The notes below the pieces were generated by a model. It was not told where the DNA came from and did no database searches. It was given only the letters and a program-made list of their open reading frames with translations. A stretch of DNA of 63,961 nt, filler included, from Rhabdomonas costata (Eukaryota), in NCBI GenBank assembly GCA_019059605.1. It is 39 parts of 39 records of this genome, joined end to end, with 100 filler letters (N's around TTAATTAATTAA, not from the genome) between each part and the next. Parts side by side here need not be neighbours in the genome. Positions count along the whole stretch, not along the records: positions 52,564 to 54,105 come from JAHMHO010013426.1; positions 54,206 to 55,747 come from JAHMHO010013427.1; positions 55,848 to 57,389 come from JAHMHO010013428.1; positions 57,490 to 59,031 come from JAHMHO010013429.1; positions 59,132 to 60,673 come from JAHMHO010013430.1; positions 60,774 to 62,315 come from JAHMHO010013431.1; positions 62,416 to 63,961 come from JAHMHO010013432.1; 32 more parts are not named here. One strand, 5' to 3'. The translations under genes were made by a program, and so were the position numbers. Below, piece after piece: positions 52,464 through 63,961 of the stretch; the stretch's first letter is position 1; every line of letters begins with the position of its first letter.

Positions 52464-55093
52464 NNNNNNNNNNNNNNNNNNNNNNNNNNNNNNNNNNNNN
52501 NNNNNNNTTAATTAATTAANNNNNNNNNNNNNNNNNNNNNNNNNNNNNNNNNNNNNNNNNNNNTGTGGGGCTAAAGAAAAGTCGCACAAAACTCTGCACC
52601 AGAAGTCATGGCGACAGGGAAGAGGACGAAATTAACATGAATGTTGGCATATGGTTGGGGTCGTTGTAGTTGTTGTCTGGAACCCCAACCATCTCGAGGG
52701 ACTCGGAGTGATTTGGACGAACCCATCACTGCCTCGAACCGGGACACACAGGTGGACGTACAGAAGAACACCAGGTCGCTCTGGCTGCAGCTGCGGTTGA
52801 TCCATGGGGCGGTAAATGTGATTAAAAGTTCCGCCGTACTCCACCTGAGCAACAATGTGGCAAAGCATCTGTGCCATTTCGAACAAAAATGCATGTCATC
52901 AATATGATCTCCCTGACATCGGTCGACTGCCAATTGCCACACGAGGACTGTCGAATTCAAAAAAACTGGATCAATGTAAGTTCTGTACCTGCAGTTGTTA
53001 CTGACCTCGGGGCTTCAACAGGGGTCAGTTTCAGCAGAAGGATTGAGATGTCAGGTTCCCCTGGGGCATTTCGGGTGGAGCGGTTACCCAGAACGTTGTC
53101 CAGAGTGCTAAGAGCAGTAGCCAGGCCCAAGATCAGCGAATGCGTGGTGACAAATGCAGGGCTCTGTGGTAATTTTCTTTTGGTATTAGTCCCAAGCGGA
53201 TTTTCTTTTGGGGAAGGACTTCGGAACATAATTGGTGAGTAGATACCTTGGCGGTTATTGTTATGTGAGAATAAAGGACGTCTCCGCGTCCCTGAGCGAC
53301 GAGCAAGAGACAATGGCTGCGAAGGCACCGACTTACGTGTCGGAGAAGAGAAGAGAAGACCACTTCCCGCCACCCCCTCCAAACGTCAACCGCGTATTCG
53401 GGTACCTCCTTCGCCTTTCTTCTTTTTATTCGAAGCTTGCCTTCGGCGCGATAGAGCATTCACTGCGCAACCGGACACTGCGACTCGCCGAAAACAAAAA
53501 GAAATAAGTGGCTGCCTCCCCCCCCCTCCCGCACTCTCTGTGGCGAAGGGGAAGAAGCTTGAGCTCACATTCCAAAGCACTGCACAAATGGTCGGGACGC
53601 CTCTGCAATCCCCACCCTCCCGATATATAATCAGAGGGTTTGTGGTTTGTACTCTCGTATCCTTCAAATTGGGCCACGCTGACGAAGGGCAAGCACGTGG
53701 TGGGAAAAAAACAGCAGTGTGGGGCAAAATAAAGAGAGGGAGATCAGTCATCCCTAGCGTGCAGTTTCCGGCCCGGGTCTGGTCGGCTGTACCAGTTCGA
53801 GTTGGGGGGAAGGGACCAGTGCGAAAACAGCTCTCCCCGGCCCCCCACCGAGATCTTAATTGCTGAGCTGGCGAATCCCCCAAGCACAACCCCACTCCCC
53901 CCTGTCCCCTTAAGGGGCACACTGAAAGACCTACATCTCGAGCTAGAATAAACCACTTTTCAAAATATTTCCGCTGAACACAGGGGTGGTTCCAGTAAAC
54001 TGTACAGAACCGGGTCATGTCCCGGAGGATCTTTTATTTTGGAAGCGATGGAAAGAGGTCCTGGTGGGCGGGCTCCCGGACGTAAACGTTCGAGAATCAT
54101 CATGANNNNNNNNNNNNNNNNNNNNNNNNNNNNNNNNNNNNNNNNNNNNTTAATTAATTAANNNNNNNNNNNNNNNNNNNNNNNNNNNNNNNNNNNNNNN
54201 NNNNNGGGGTGGTTGGAGCAAACGGTGCCGTGGGAACTGGACGAACGTTCCACATACCTACAGGGTGTCCCACTTAACTCTGGGAAGTGGAATTTTTTTT
54301 TAAGAAAATTAAACAGATGACATATCATGGCTGTATTATTATATGGGTATGTGGTACATGATACATAAGATATGTTATGGTATGGTATGGTATGGCACGG
54401 TGTGGTATGGTGGTATGACATGGTAACTTCCATTCTGTCATATGGGTACCTGGCCTCTGTCGCGCACCTGTTCTTTTCCAGCGGTAACCGCATTGCTCCA
54501 TTGCTGCTCAGGTCTCTGAGACTCCACATTCCTTCTTTGGGGGGCTGGGGCCTTTTCTCGCGGGAACAACCCTTGGAGCTTTTCTTTCGGATGGATGAAC
54601 GGGTGGCACCGGTATCTACAGGGGTAGCCGTGCCAGCACATCACTCTATAGTTGCGTTGCATGCTATTCCTGCCCTCTTCCGCTGAGCCTCCTGTACCTC
54701 GGGATTGCCTCACTGACTCTTTGCCCTCGTGCGTCTGCGAGTACTGTCGATTCCGTTGGCCCTAGCATAAGAATCTTGCTCCTGAGTGTGTATGGGTTTT
54801 CGCCCCCCCCCCCCTCAACACACACACACATCTGGGTAAAACTCAACAATTGAGACATTGATCCTCCAGATCCAATCACGGCCAACTTTCTGTCCAATTT
54901 GGTGTACTCCACGGTTATGTTTGTGAAAGAATGAGTCTTGGAGGCCCGCGGCAGAGCCACGCGGGAACGACGAGAAGTGGGACGAAGCACTTATAGAGTG
55001 GTACATTCGATTCTTTGGATACGAGGTGCTTTGGGGCTGCATGGGAAAGACCCTGCTGGGAGCGGAAGCGTGTGGGTGCGGGCGCACAGGGAC

Positions 55094-55378
55094 CTGGGTG
55101 TTGTCCTTGAGATCCCCGGAGGACGTGGGCTCGTCGTCCTGCCCTCCGCATAGCTTCCTGCGCAGCCAGCTCACCGCGGGCAGCTGCACCCCCGTGCGGC
55201 GGTAGGTCTCAATCACAGGCACGGAGCGCCCCCTGGTGGCCATGAGGTTGCCGTACTGGCTGACGATCAGAGTGACAAAGTAGATGGACTGCGCGCGATA
55301 CACCAGCTCGTCCAGCTCCCCCGGGGTGAGAGGGGCGTACACCTCGGCATCCCCCCAGGTGCTGAACGCCAGCACAAC
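55094..55378 (-). CDS. P-type ATPase IIC (Na/K or H/K-like) C-terminal membrane region, one exon
   Basis: ag|GTT...CAG|gt, 95 codons, containing AQSIYFVTLIVSQYGNLMATR (cf. AQSxYFVTLVxxQxxNLxxxRTR). Confidence 0.75.
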
Positions 55379-56196
55379 CTGCGAGTCCGTCCAGAGATTG
55401 CGCGGGATGTTGCAAGAAAATCTTCGTAGCAAGTACTAATCTCTGCCCATGGAAAGTCGACTGCCGCAGATACGTGCAGTCTCGCAATGCAATGTTTCCT
55501 GTCCACAAAGACAAACATGCAATCATACCCGAGCCGAAGAGGGACAGTCCGTGGTTCCCATGAACGTTAGGGCTTGTGGTTAAGAACATTATTGGATGTA
55601 TGATATGGCCACACCCTTTATGGTTTTCACAATGAACTTGCGAAAAAAGCCAGGGGCCGCAAGTGCAATTTTACGGAGTTCGTGAGTGCCGAATTTATGG
55701 TAAGACAGAAAGCAATCCCAGGCCGGGACCAATGTCACCACACCCCCNNNNNNNNNNNNNNNNNNNNNNNNNNNNNNNNNNNNNNNNNNNNTTAATTAAT
55801 TAANNNNNNNNNNNNNNNNNNNNNNNNNNNNNNNNNNNNNNNNNNNNGTTTTGTGTGACACTGTAGCGTCAACTTTGTTTGAAAATATGCTGAGTTGTTC
55901 AAGTTTCGCACTGCGGCTGTCTGGCTTTTCCAGACGCTACCTGGCGGCGGCACTAAACGAAGGGTGAACGATGAATCCGTGACACAAGGAATGTAACCCC
56001 TTGCTAAGAATGCGATGGGACGGTTTTTTGATCTTTCAAGTTATTCCTGCCATGAGGAAGTTGACACGGTTGCTGTGGGGTTGTGGGAAAAGAGAGGGGA
56101 AAGTGGTAAAGAATGGCTGCATCCTCCGCTGCTCTCAATGAATGTGCTTGTGCATTATACGGTTTTGGTTTGGCTTTGGGCTTGTCTCCCCCTCAG

Positions 56197-57098
56197 AAAT
56201 ACCGCCTTCTATACGTGCCCTCCACGGTTGTGGTGCGGACGGTCACGATGCACACCACGCCGTGCCTGCGGTGCTCGATCTGTCACGCCCGGATCAACCC
56301 CTCCACCGACCTCTACGAGCTCACCGAAGAGAAGGAGAAGGCCACCTCCGTGCGTTACCTCCCCTACCACAGCAACTGCCTGCACGCTCGCCGGGTAGCC
56401 AAGGGAGAGGTTCTGCCTCCCATTTCCCTCTCTCCCCCCCCCCCTCCTGGCCCGCGTTCGGGCCCATAATGCCGGGTGGTGTGCTCCAGAACGTGCTCTT
56501 TTCTCACATGATATGAATAGCGCCTATCATGGCTGCGTACTGTCGAGGAGAGGACCGCTGTGTGCGCTGCTGGACCTGTAAAAGAAACAGAGTTGGCCAG
56601 GAAGGGACCATGAAGTGCAATGGATAAGGATTACGGTTCCTACGTGCAGGGAATAAGGCACCGCCGCCGAAATGCTGTAGTATACATACTTCAGTCGTTC
56701 AGTGAGACCCCAGGGCGTGGTTTTTTTCTCTGTGGAACAGATCCGACTCCTCAGGCAGGCCCCGCTGATTATGGGGGAACCCAAAAGCGAGAACCAGAAC
56801 AACATGCTCCCTGCGAGCTGGGGAGAGATCATCAACATCATGGACATGAACCAGGTCTTTCCCCCCCCCCTTCTCTCTCTTTCGCGCCCATCTTGAGAAA
56901 TGGCCGTTGTGTGTCGTGTCAAAACTGCCACTACAGTATCGGAGTCTTGTCTTGTCTCCTTTAGGATGCCTACTATTGCGAGGGAGTGAAGCTCCCGCTG
57001 ATCGTCACCTTCTTCAAGCGCAGCCCCATCTCCACGGAATATCACATTCTGGGCTTCCGCGAGCATATCTTCACCCACACGCAGTCCGCGATTGGAAG
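56197..57098 (+). CDS. 1,3-beta-glucan synthase, GT48 (FKS/callose/paramylon synthase-like), catalytic-region exons
   Basis: Exon 56741-56854 (PLIMGEPKSENQNNML...GEIINIMDMNQ) and exon 56965-57098 (DAYYCEGVK...ILGFREHIFT) match GT48 GEGKxENQN, DMNQDxY and LGxRExIF. Exon 56197-56409 joins in phase 0 but is less certain. Confidence 0.88.
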
Positions 57099-57575
57099 GT
57101 AGTAGGCTTTCTTCTGACCAACGTTGGTTGGGGGAGGGGGTTCCTGATGCCAGGAAAATTGAGCTTTCCATTGAGAGTCAGAATAACTTCATCTCATGCC
57201 TCTCATCAAAGGAACCCAGACACAGCCACATCTTGTGTACAAGTCTTCCGAAGGCCTATGTCCTCTATGTATAATGGCATATGTGGAATTGTGGACCCAC
57301 GCTAACTAAATCGTCAACTGAAAACATTATAAAAAGCCTGTTGGAAGGACACAGAAAGAGCATCCTAACCCGAAAGCCCCCCCAACAAANNNNNNNNNNN
57401 NNNNNNNNNNNNNNNNNNNNNNNNNNNNNNNNNTTAATTAATTAANNNNNNNNNNNNNNNNNNNNNNNNNNNNNNNNNNNNNNNNNNNNGGGGTTGTGTG
57501 AGAATCTTTTAAAGAACTTAATTGCTTCGTGAAAGGATGACACCATTCAGCTAGCAGCGTTTCTTTTGATATCAG

Positions 57576-58608
57576 ACTTGGCCACCGCCAACCCCATGAC
57601 GCGGATCCGGTGGGTCTCCAGGAACGAGCTCACTAGGCTGCTCCGCACAAACCGCACCGCCACGGTGGTGCTGGTGTGTTTGCTGTGTGCCTGCGTTTTC
57701 CCGAGGTATTCCAGCTACCAAAAATAACAGAAAAATCGCATTTCACGGGGGCACCCAGCCCAGGTCAAGGTGAAAGGCTCTCTCTGCAAAACGACGTTGC
57801 GCACGAAAAAGGAACAGACTCGCTTCTAATTTGACTACCGTTAGAATTAAAAACACTTTGTTTCCAGCCAAAGGCATAAGTAATGTTGAAGCTCTGAATC
57901 CCCGCAGGACGAGGAGTATTTTCCTACCTAATTGTTGGCGATAGTCGCTTGGATGTTAACGCGAATTGAATCTGCGTAACATACCAAACGCTGGCGTTTG
58001 ACACACGTAACCACACCTGGTGGCTTTCAGACACTCTTCCCATTTCAGCCGCATCCAGCGAGCCGGATAACTAGTTTCGTGTTCCACACAACCCCCAAGG
58101 GTCATTCTGGCTACAACGATCCAGTAACCTGCTGCAGAAGCTCGCAACCACGGAAAAGAAACAACGCGAACGTGGAGCAGGAACACCAAACTTTTTCTCG
58201 CCGTTACCGAATGCCTGCTGATGTGAATGAATTGCAATTGGAATGTTCTTCGTTTTGAAAATATGTCATGTCTTCGCTTGATCTTTTTACACAATGTTAA
58301 TCAGGTCTGCAGTATCGGCACTCTTTCATTTGGAGACAAGGTGCGGCTATCCATCCAAATAAATGGCACGTTTGGGTGTGCTGGAATTACACGTTGACTG
58401 CCCCCCCCCTCCACCTCCCACCGTTGCTTGTGTGCAGTTCTACAGCAGCAGTTGCAGCTTCTGTGAGGCCATGGTGGATGTGCTAGAGCTGGTGACCTGG
58501 GCCTTCCCCACGCTTCCTGTGGTGGCAGTGAACGGAGGGGCGGCCCCGCTGCGGAGTGTTGGGTACGGCGTGGTGGCCTACCCCACAGCGCTGATTATCG
58601 AAGATGAG
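57576..58608 (+). CDS. Thioredoxin-fold protein (TXNDC15/APRL-like), two exons
   Basis: Exons 57576-57673 and 58438-58608 give TATVVL|FYSSSCSFCEAM...WAFPTLPVVAV...YGVVAYPT, with CxxC and the cis-Pro motif. Confidence 0.75.
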
Positions 58609-59192
58609 GTGGGTTGTCCCTCTCCCAACTTCCGCTTTGGTTCTGGTCGATCTAGCACCTAGCATGAAACGCTCCAGTGTGTTCAAGAATATATACATTT
58701 TCTGTAGCATAAAATTGGGTTCATATCTTGCTGAAGTTTTATCCCCTTTAGGTTTTTAGCTTCGTTCCTAAACGCTGAACAATACGCTATATGTAGGGAC
58801 TTCTCTTTCCTTCGCATCGGCAGTTGGCTTTTGTGTGGTTTTCAGGAACGGCACCCCAAGGACACGTTTTTTTGCAACTCACCCAGCTTTGTTGCAGTTT
58901 TATGTTTTTTCTACTCTTGGCGGCCTTTAGCCATTATGTTTCCCTTTGCCTGGCCAGAGTGTGGTGTCACGGTTCACCAGCCGAAAGGGGTACTCATTCG
59001 AGGAGATTTCCGACTGGATCACCCACACCACNNNNNNNNNNNNNNNNNNNNNNNNNNNNNNNNNNNNNNNNNNNNTTAATTAATTAANNNNNNNNNNNNN
59101 NNNNNNNNNNNNNNNNNNNNNNNNNNNNNNNGGTGGGTTGTTGAAGCTTTCTGTTTTTTTGTTGATGTGCATGTGGGGGTGCGTTCCTTCAG

Positions 59193-59324
59193 GCGACCAG
59201 CGCGATTCAGGTGCCGTCGAACAGCTTGTACTACGTCGACGTCCCGTACGCCTCCACCCTCACCCTGCGGATGTTCCAGATCCACAACCAGACCACCCTG
59301 GTGCTCAGCGCGTGCAAGGCCTTG
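59193..59324 (+). CDS. Single exon, unknown protein
   Basis: cag|GCG...TTG|gtgatg, 44 GC3-rich codons. Confidence 0.45.
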
Positions 59325-60773
59325 GTGATGCCCTCCGTCAAGGTTTTACCTTTCGCCCTCCCTCAGATCCCTTCTTTTCCTGCTTAGTTGCCGATGTGAG
59401 GCTCTACTGTCATTACATTGATAATTTTCTGTGAATGCTGTTTACTAGTCAATGTCAATTTCTTGACATCTTGCATCAGCTAAAATCCTTCCCCGCCCCC
59501 TGCCTCCCTTCCGGGCATCCACACTTTTCCAGTATTTGGTCAGTTCCTGTCCTCCTAGGAGATCAATGACTTGCAGGCATGAACTGGAATGAAAGGAATC
59601 TGCTCGCCAACACTACATACGCGGCCAACCACCGCCATCAAACCTGCGAAGCAACACTTCCCTTCGCTGTTTTGGAAGATCGATATTTTTCCGTATTTTG
59701 GAAGTAGATGGGACCCCCTGCGGTCGATTGGTAATTTGTTGATTTTCAGGGGCCCCCGCTGGTTATCTCCCACTTCAGCCCGGTTCGAGTGGTGGCATCG
59801 GCAACCACCCCTGTGCGAAGGTGCATGCTGAGGGGTTTTCTCTCTCTTTTGTTCTGTCTGGGGGTGGGAGACTTGAAGACGTCAGTTTGGTCATGTGTTG
59901 CTTGCGTCAGATCGAAATTGTAAAAGCATTGGTTGCGGTGACTTCGGATTTCAGATAGAGGCAAAACGAGGTATGAGAGTGGGGACTTGATTAGACTCAA
60001 CCCAACACAACAGCTGCGTGCTATTCAAGTTCACTGCGCTACAAGCAGATTTTCAATCCATGCTGCAGCCCTAATCGTAACTCTGGCATAAGGGCACTGT
60101 TGAGGCGCTTCCTCCTGTATTGGTCGCCAGCCCGAAAAACGGACCGATCACATTTTGTTCCAAAGCCTTCAGGCAAGCAATGGGTGAATTCCCCTCGGTG
60201 TTTTTTCGGGAAGGCTGTTCATTAGCCTCTTCCCCTTTCCCCGTTTGAATTATGAAGAAGAAGCCGTGCAACGGGTCGGGGCCAGGGAAACCGGGCCGCG
60301 GCTGCTGATCTTCATCCGTGCCGCGTTCTCGCGTACTTCGGGGGGCTACGAGGTCCCCAACGCCCGCTCTCGGGGCAAGCTGCCTACCTCAACTTCCTCT
60401 GACTGCCAGTACAGGTCTCCCCGCTTGGGCCCGGATTCCCTTCTTCTTCTTATCATTTTGGGAAGGAAGAATTGCTTCTTCTTCTTGCGCAAAAAGACTC
60501 TGAAGTGATTGCAAGCTATTGAACAGGTTTCTCTCATCGTGTTGAGAGGATGGAAGGACTCTGATGCGATCAAGCGACTTAGAATGATCTGATCTCGAGA
60601 GTCCAGGACTTTCGAGATCAGATCATTCTAAGTCGTTCGTTCGCATCAGAGTCCTTCCATCCTCCCAACACAANNNNNNNNNNNNNNNNNNNNNNNNNNN
60701 NNNNNNNNNNNNNNNNNTTAATTAATTAANNNNNNNNNNNNNNNNNNNNNNNNNNNNNNNNNNNNNNNNNNNN

Positions 60774-60929
60774 GGGTGGTTGTGCTGCAGACCAGCGACA
60801 AGAAGGAGTTTGTTCTCTCTCGCAGGGCCATCGCCCTTTCTAAGCTTCTGAACGACCTCCTGAGCGATGTCTCTGAGGACGAGAGCCACACCAGTGTTCC
60901 CTTGGCTTACGTGGACGCTCCTACTTTCG
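60774..60929 (+). CDS. SKP1-like protein, N-terminal POZ domain exon
   Basis: VVLQTSDKKEFVLSRRAIALSKLLNDLLSD...VPLAYVDAPTF matches SKP1 LxSSDxxxF...SxxIxxML...VPLxNV; GT donor at 60930. Confidence 0.8.
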
Positions 60930-63247
60930 GTTCGCGCTTAAGAATTGAAATGTCTCAGGACCGCCTTGCATATGGGCAACTGGACACCTTCGGAAGGAAA
61001 AGTAGCCTCACTTGTCCCTCAGTGCTAATTCCTGATTCTCTTACACGAATTGCCCCGGATGGATTCCACCGGTCTTTTGTGCCCTGCCGTGCTGCTACCG
61101 AGTTTCTAGTCATGGGAGGCGTCCCCTTGTTATCCTTGCTCAGCTATAAACCTTGCAAGGACATTGAGTCAGTCGGCTCACACAGAAGGTTTAAACAGAG
61201 AGAAACAGGACAAAGAAGACTGAGAGTGTGACGTAAGGGGGGGGGGAGAATTGGATCTTTGCCACGTTTCTGACAAATGTTTACACAAACGTTAGTGGGC
61301 GAAACAGAAGGATTGGGCGAAATATAATTTAGGCGAAGTGACGATTAGGCAAAGAAATACGCAAAAGAAAAAATTTGCAGCTTTATGACCCTCCGTGCGA
61401 GCACCCAGGCTGCGCGCGTCTCAGGTTAGGGGCAGCTTTTCTTTTCTTTCCATCGTCGCTCTCCTTCACGTGTGTGTGCATGTGTTTCTTTCCTGTCTTT
61501 ACATCGCACAAACATACACAAACACTAACAAACAGACACAACTGTAACCCTAATTCAAAGAATAAAAACTGAACAAAAGTCAGGGGGAAACCAGGGGGAC
61601 CACCGAAAGGTTCAACTTTGAATAATTAACGTCCAGGGAAAATGAGATCGGAAAGACCCTTGTCATTGTTCATTGCTAGAATGGCACGAGAGCACAGCGT
61701 GAAGCAGATTTTCTCTTTCGTTTTTGTGACTCCTTTTCAACCATTCCTCCTTCTCTGGTTTTGTCGGCGCGTCCTCATCCACCTCTCCTCGAAGTCATTG
61801 TTGTCAATATGCATTAAACGACATGCAAAACCTCCGAAAGGGGCTCCCCTGTCTCCCCTGTTCCCTGTTCCCTGTCCCTAGTTGACTTGGTTCAACACCG
61901 TCAACACGTGGCTTACTCCAGCAAGAAAAGGGCAGAACACTGAACACTGGTAACACTGTTAACCTACAACACACGAAAACTCTCCTCAGGTTGGACGCTC
62001 GCACACTTAACAACCGCTTGTAGCATGAATTTTCTTTAAGGCAGGAGGGACTGGCAAAATTGCTAAATCACACTAAATCACGCAAATTACACAAAATCAT
62101 AAATCACCTGAATCCACCGGTCATGCGCGACCGTCTTTCAAATGTAGCGCACATTTAAAGGGCATTTATTGTCCACCGCTTCCTGTGGAAACCTCCGTTC
62201 CTGGCTTTTTTCTGTGGTGGGTGCTCTTTCATCCCAGTCAAGCGCGCACGCGAAGCGAGAACAAAAGGGGAGAAAATGGGACGTCCTCAGCGAAACGCAA
62301 AACCGAAAAAAAACANNNNNNNNNNNNNNNNNNNNNNNNNNNNNNNNNNNNNNNNNNNNTTAATTAATTAANNNNNNNNNNNNNNNNNNNNNNNNNNNNN
62401 NNNNNNNNNNNNNNNTTTTTTTTTTGTTTTTATCCGCGACCTTGAGGTGCGCGTTTGGTTGTGACTGTTTTCCACACGCTCCTTGAATGCGCCCCGGGAC
62501 CATTTCATTGGTTACTCCTCTGTTCTCTCATTGGCTGTGACCTTCTGTTCCGCAAACACCCAAGTGGAAGGAAGGAGCTGCGTGTCGTGCAAGAACTGCG
62601 TGATGTTTGCCACGGTGAAGCAGCTGCGCCCTGGTTGGTGTCACCCCACCCCCGTCCGCTTTGTGCGGGCAGCTTTTTGTGGTCTAGGTGTTGGGTGTCG
62701 GGTGGTTTATTTTCCGTGAGGGAAACCTCGGAAGCCGGAGGTCTTAGATGAGAATAGATGAGAATTGATGTGACACGAAAGAAACGTTGATGCAAAAGAG
62801 TGCCAGTGCATGCGCCGCGGCAGCTGTCACAGCAATAGCTCACAGACAGCCAAAAGTTCCTGGACGTTGAGAAGTAGCGCTGGATTGGCACAGAAAAGGA
62901 GGATTCCCATTCAACCCCGGTTCAAATAAACCAGTGAGGGATCGTCACTTTATTGACACTGTACCGTCCCTGTAAGTTGCTCCGCCTCCTCCCCCAACTT
63001 CGTCCACCGCCTTTGCCCGGTGCCTCCACCGGATACAATCTGCCCCAACCCGAGGCATCCATCGCGAGGGAGTTCCGGTACTGGACCCAAACCTCCCACC
63101 ATGGCCCTGGAGGAAAAACATAATAGCTGCGATGGAGAGTATAACCTGAAGCCCACCGAATGCCTTTTTACGACCTGCCTTGCCCAGACAGAGTGTGTGT
63201 TTGTATCGTTGGCGTTTGCTATCGCTGCACGCCTTCCCGCAAATTAG

Positions 63248-63941
63248 GGCTGCACCCCATGGCGGGGATCCGGGAAACTCTGGAGCTGCTGTGCCATGCC
63301 GAGGAGTTCGCGGAAATGCGGATCCGTCTGGGCGAGAAGCTGAAGCTGAATCGGCTGAATGGGGTGGGCGGTGGCGACACCAAGGCCGGGGCCGTCCGCT
63401 TCCCCTTTCAGGTTGGCTTTGGTCCTGGACGGGTTCCAATGCTCATTCCTGCGATGACGTACCGGTTCTTAGCCACAGCCACAGTCACACACCAACTGCA
63501 CAAACTCCCTGCTCTCCTGCTCATTGTGAGCCTTTTTTGGAGGAGCGAGGTTCGCAGCCTTCGCATTCTCTGCCCCCTTCCCGACATATACCCCCGTTCC
63601 CTTCTTTCGTGAATGCACTCCCTTGTTCTGTGCCAGTTATGTGTTCGGACTCCGACCGAGTTCGAGCTTGGCGGGATCATTCAGCAGCAAAACGTAGTTG
63701 CATCATCGGCGGCCATTGCACGCCATTCGGAGCATTCCTTCCTCTCTCTCTCTCATTTTAACTTTTTACCTGCCAAAAAGTTAGGTGTCACCGCTCGCAC
63801 CCCCCTCCTTCTGCCCCTTCAAAGGGTAAGGTGAAGGAGGTATGGCAGAAGGTCTTCCTGCTGGTGCAGGCCACACTGGGGGGGTTGCCTGTGGAGGACC
63901 GCTCCCTGGCCACGCAGGCCAGAAGGGTGGCGCAACGCGCT
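63248..63941 (+). CDS. HFM1: MER3/HFM1-like helicase, Sec63-domain exons
   Basis: Exons 63248-63411 and 63825-63941: LELLCHAEEFAEMRIRLGEKLKLNRLN...VRFPFQ|GKVKEVWQKVFLLVQATLG. EKxxLNxLN, RFP and QAxLG favour Mer3 over Brr2/ASCC3. Confidence 0.72.
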
Positions 63942-63961
63942 GTGGGAGACCTCCACCCATA

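Overview
This window is not contiguous DNA. It is 39 unrelated contigs of about 1.54 kb joined by 100-nt N/TTAATTAATTAA/N spacers, so adjacency across a spacer means nothing and ORFs containing X are artefacts. Many contig ends carry G/T-only or A/C-only tails that include the core of a WGA universal primer (TGGGTGTGTTTGG), and several end in fold-back palindromes, pointing to a whole-genome-amplified low-input library. The DNA is eukaryotic, with short GC-rich exons and spliceosomal introns (mostly GT-AG with a weak consensus, some GC-AG, one possibly GA). A euglenid origin is inferred from the GT48 beta-1,3-glucan (paramylon-type) synthase, several class III cyclase fragments, thiC and the intron style. 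Gene fragments reconstructed by hand: TMEM43, GH16, DDX5-like helicase, IFRD, thiC, ITFG1/LINKIN, two nucleotide cyclases, deoxyhypusine synthase, P-type IIC ATPase, GT48, TXNDC15-like, SKP1-like and MER3/HFM1. Mobile DNA: decayed Merlin and Tc1/IS630 (DD35E) transposases, and a probable non-LTR RT relic. The best novelty candidates are (1) an AT-rich endogenous Polinton/adintovirus-like capsid module (intact penton, frameshifted PLA2, interrupted fibre-like gene, shared upstream motif), (2) a protein with six tandem PBZ-like zinc fingers followed by an ART-like motif, and (3) a CxxC-x28-HxxC zinc-finger-like insertion in the glucan synthase. All family assignments rest on motif recognition, not database searches.
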